Shown here one piece after another: positions 61,338 to 64,000 of a stretch of 64,000 nt of DNA. The first letter of the stretch is position 1, and every line of letters begins with the position of its first letter. Source of the DNA: Myxococcota bacterium (GTDB lineage Bacteria; Myxococcota_A; UBA9160; UBA6930); the NCBI GenBank assembly GCA_965223705.1, contig OZ245015.1, positions 2,624,001-2,688,000 on the forward strand, in the 5' to 3' direction. The notes under the pieces are model-generated. The model worked only from the letters and a program-made list of their open reading frames with translations, had not been told where the DNA came from and did no database searches. Made by a program: the position numbers and the translations under genes.

Positions 61338-62966
61338 CTACTCCGCGTTCGGTCTTCTCGCCTCGCGCAGAGCTTCGGGCGTGTCGAAGTCGATGTTAAT
61401 CGCGTCGCTCGATGACGGCACGTAGCATACCTCGTCCGGATGGCGGTCGAGCAACTTTCGGGCGCCCTGGTCTCCGCGGAGCGCCCGCATGTCCTCGAAG
61501 AAACGCCGGTGCCACAACACGGGGTTGCCGCGTTTGCGATCGTACACCGGCACGTAGATGCCCCGGTCGTCGTCGGGATCGAACGCATCGACCAACGCGT
61601 TCAGGTGACTCGCATCGAGCCACGGCATGTCGCCGAGACAGACGATCGCAGCATCGACATCCTCATCGAGCGCGTGGAGACCCACGCGAAGCGAGGTGCT
61701 CATTCCGGCCGCGAAGTCCGGATTGTGCGCGATCTCGACGTCTCGGGCGCCGAGCGCTCTGCGGATCGCATCGTTTTCGTGGCCCGTGACGACGACGACC
61801 GGCTCGGCCCGTGATGCGAGGGCAGCGTCCACCACGCGCGCGATCATGGGCGCGCCTTCGACTTCGCAGAGGAGTTTGTTCACCGCTCCCATTCGCTTCG
61901 ACTGACCGGCGGCCAGCACGATCGCGGCGATCCTCGGTCGCGAGGCGGAGGCCTCGGAGCGTTTGCCTTCGCGTGGGGCCGGGCGACTCGGCGTTTCGAG
62001 GAGCAGCCCCCCCACGCCCATCCCGGCGATTTCCCGCGATCCGATCGGCTCCCCGGCGAGCACGCGCTCGAGGACCCAATCGAACCCGCTCGGTTTGGTC
62101 GAGCGCGCACATCCCGGTACGCCGATGATGGGCGTCGCATCGAACTCGGCGAGTAGCAGCAAGTTGCCGGGATCGACGGGCATCCCGAGATGAACGATGC
62201 GCCCGCCGACCGCCTCGACGGCGGTGGGCAACGTATCCCGCCGGTCGACAATTGCCGACGCTCCGAGCATCAGGATCGGTCCGCACGCGGCGTCGAGGAG
62301 CGTGCGCAAGGTGCGCGCCACGGCTTCGGGCTCGTGCGGGCAGCGCACTTCCCGCGCCACCCGCGACCCCAGGCGTTCGATGCGCGTCCGCAGGCTCGAG
62401 CTGGCCCGGGTCATCACTTTTTCGGGAAGCCCGGGGAGCTCGGTGAGCACGACGCCCACGTCACGGGAAATCCAAGGGGCCACCCGGAGCGAAACGCCGT
62501 GCGAGCCTCCGACTTTCATCGCTTCCGCGAGGCGATCTTCGGGGACTGCGAACGGGATGACCTTCACCGTCGCCACCATGGTGCGAGCGCTAACCGGGGA
62601 GTGGGAATCCAGCGTGGCGACCGTCAGAGATTCATCGATGGCGTTCAGCTGATTCACCCGGTCGACATCGACGACGAACAATCCGTCGACCGTCGCGTAC
62701 AGGTTGCAGCGACCGGTCGTCGCGCGAGCCGCCTCGACGCCGGGACCGAGAACGGTTTCCGCCAGAGACGCGGCGGCCAGGTCTTCGTCGACATCGCCCG
62801 ATTCGAGGATTGCGACGACGACGCTCGCGTGACCCGCTTCGCGCAACCACTCCAGTTCGGCGTCTTCGAGCGGACGGCCCTTCTTCAGGGTGCGCTTCGG
62901 AAGCCGGGTCGTATGGGCGAGGCGCGCGCCTCGCGCCAGAGAAAGCGCCACTCGCTCGAAACGCAT
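61338..62966 (-). CDS. Molybdopterin-binding domain fused to a MocA-like nucleotidyltransferase
   Basis: ATTGRCNL, GMPVDPGNLLL, GVPGCAR, then VLAAGQSKRMG..NKLL, LGDMP, GNPVLW, GDQGAR, DFDT. Confidence 0.88.
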   Translation of the reverse strand: MRFERVALSLARGARLAHTTRLPKRTLKKGRPLEDAELEWLREAGHASVVVAILESGDVDEDLAAASLAETVLGPGVEAARATTGRCNLYATVDGLFVVDVDRVNQLNAIDESLTVATLDSHSPVSARTMVATVKVIPFAVPEDRLAEAMKVGGSHGVSLRVAPWISRDVGVVLTELPGLPEKVMTRASSSLRTRIERLGSRVAREVRCPHEPEAVARTLRTLLDAACGPILMLGASAIVDRRDTLPTAVEAVGGRIVHLGMPVDPGNLLLLAEFDATPIIGVPGCARSTKPSGFDWVLERVLAGEPIGSREIAGMGVGGLLLETPSRPAPREGKRSEASASRPRIAAIVLAAGQSKRMGAVNKLLCEVEGAPMIARVVDAALASRAEPVVVVTGHENDAIRRALGARDVEIAHNPDFAAGMSTSLRVGLHALDEDVDAAIVCLGDMPWLDASHLNALVDAFDPDDDRGIYVPVYDRKRGNPVLWHRRFFEDMRALRGDQGARKLLDRHPDEVCYVPSSSDAINIDFDTPEALREARRPNAE

Positions 62967-63649
62967 CAGCGTGGGGCCCGGAGACGCTCGATCACTTCGG
63001 CGAGAATGGAGACGGCGATCTCCGCGGGCGACTTCGCGCCGATGTCGAGCCCGATCGGGCCGGAAATTCGCGCGATTTCGTCATCGCTAAAGCCCTCTTC
63101 GCGGAGCCTGGCGACACGTTTCGCGTGGGTCTTCCGACTTCCCAGGGACCCGATGTAGAACACTGGAGAGCGCAGCACCGCGGCCAGCGCCGGATCGTCG
63201 AGTTTCGGATCGTGGGTCAGCGTAACGACGGCTGTGCGCGCGTCCGGAGCGAGTTGACGAAGCGCCTCGTCGGGCCACTCGCCGCAGCGTTCGATCCCGG
63301 GGAACCGCGCTTCGGTGGCGAAGGAAGCGCGAGGATCGACGACCGTCACCTGAAAACCCGCCTCCGCGGCCATCCGGGAGAGCGGCTGCGCAATGTGCAC
63401 GGCGCCGACGATCAACATGCGCAGCTGCGGATTGAAGGGCTGGATGAACGCGCCGGCTCCGCCCTCTTCGATGCGTCGGCTCGCGTCGTGCGACACCGCT
63501 TCGCGTACCGCCTCCATCTCGGCGGCACCCGCTTCCCAATCCGAAGCTTCGAGCAGGCGCTGCTCGCCGCTGGGAAACTCGGTGACGAGTGCAACCGGTC
63601 GCTTGTCGCGCTGCGCGGCAACGAGCGCTTCGAGAACCGCTCGCTTCAA
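62966..63649 (-). CDS. xdhC: XdhC/CoxF family, C-terminal part
   Basis: IVGAVHIAQ, LTHDPKLD, YIGSLGSRKTH, GPIGLDIGAKSPAEIAVSI. Confidence 0.9.
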   Translation of the reverse strand: MKRAVLEALVAAQRDKRPVALVTEFPSGEQRLLEASDWEAGAAEMEAVREAVSHDASRRIEEGGAGAFIQPFNPQLRMLIVGAVHIAQPLSRMAAEAGFQVTVVDPRASFATEARFPGIERCGEWPDEALRQLAPDARTAVVTLTHDPKLDDPALAAVLRSPVFYIGSLGSRKTHAKRVARLREEGFSDDEIARISGPIGLDIGAKSPAEIAVSILAEVIERLRAPR

Positions 63650-63966
63650 TCGACTCGCTCCACGAAGACTTCGACCTCTCCGCCGCAGGCGAGACCGACT
63701 TCCCAGGCCATCTCATTCGTCACACCGAAATGAAGCGTCTGCGGTGTACCGCTCGCGATCACGGCCTGAGCCGCTTCGATCACGGCGCCCTCGACGCAGC
63801 CGCCCGAGACCGATCCCAAAAACGCGCCCGTTTCGTCTACGGCCAGTTGGCTTCCCAACGGGCGGGGAGACGATCCCCAGGTCCGTACGACGGTCGCCAG
63901 GGCGACGCCGCGACCGGCGTCCTTCCAGGAAAGCGCCTGCTCGAGGATGCGCTGGGAGTCCTCCAC
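63646..63966 (-). CDS. XdhC/CoxI family, N-terminal part
   Basis: LATVVRTWGSSPR, GSVSGGCVE, VGLACGG. Start GTG 63966 or further upstream. Confidence 0.88.
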   Translation of the reverse strand: MEDSQRILEQALSWKDAGRGVALATVVRTWGSSPRPLGSQLAVDETGAFLGSVSGGCVEGAVIEAAQAVIASGTPQTLHFGVTNEMAWEVGLACGGEVEVFVERVD

Positions 63967-64000
63967 CGCCTTACCATCGCGAAGCGGCCCCGTCGCCACA

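Noticed and set aside
60658..64000. Integrated element at tRNA-Leu
   Set aside because: No integrase, no duplicated tRNA 3' end seen in the window, and the flanking genes are ordinary.

Overview
A GC-rich, gene-dense chromosomal segment whose gene content points to Myxococcota/deltaproteobacterial ancestry (ribF-pilBTCSR synteny, RomR, MglA-like GTPase); the taxonomy is inferred. Left to right: a type IV pilus cluster (minor pilins behind a sigma-54 promoter, two sensor kinases around pilR, pilC-pilT-pilB, no pilA); ribF and lptG; an hflC-hflK-SPFH-nfeD-coaBC-coaD-rsmD run; an XRE regulator and a DUF5658-like gene; a peptidoglycan-recycling cluster (dacB, fused SpmAB, amgK, murU, MBL hydrolase, anmK); a GT4/methyltransferase cluster; a signalling block (receiver, degenerate kinase, two sigma-54 activators, sigma-54-driven fliA, PP2C, romR); nadC-birA-coaX; an EF-G paralogue; a hypothetical/MglA-like/GAF-degenerate-GGDEF trio; a JAB protease; an LLM oxidoreductase; a haem-copper oxidase operon; a DUF1998 helicase-exonuclease fusion; ABC-F; tRNA-Leu(CAG); and XdhC/MocA-type genes. 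No CRISPR array, integrase or transposase was seen. Best candidates for undescribed biology: (1) an apparently GTPase-dead MglA paralogue coupled to a putative c-di-GMP receptor; (2) an A-family oxidase that appears to lack the K-channel residues and has an unannotated 34-aa membrane peptide; (3) SpmAB and an MBL hydrolase embedded in the AnmK-AmgK-MurU pathway; (4) a ChpT-like pseudokinase probably starting at ATT. All family calls come from motif recognition by eye, with no database searches. Many starts were trimmed relative to the ORF track.
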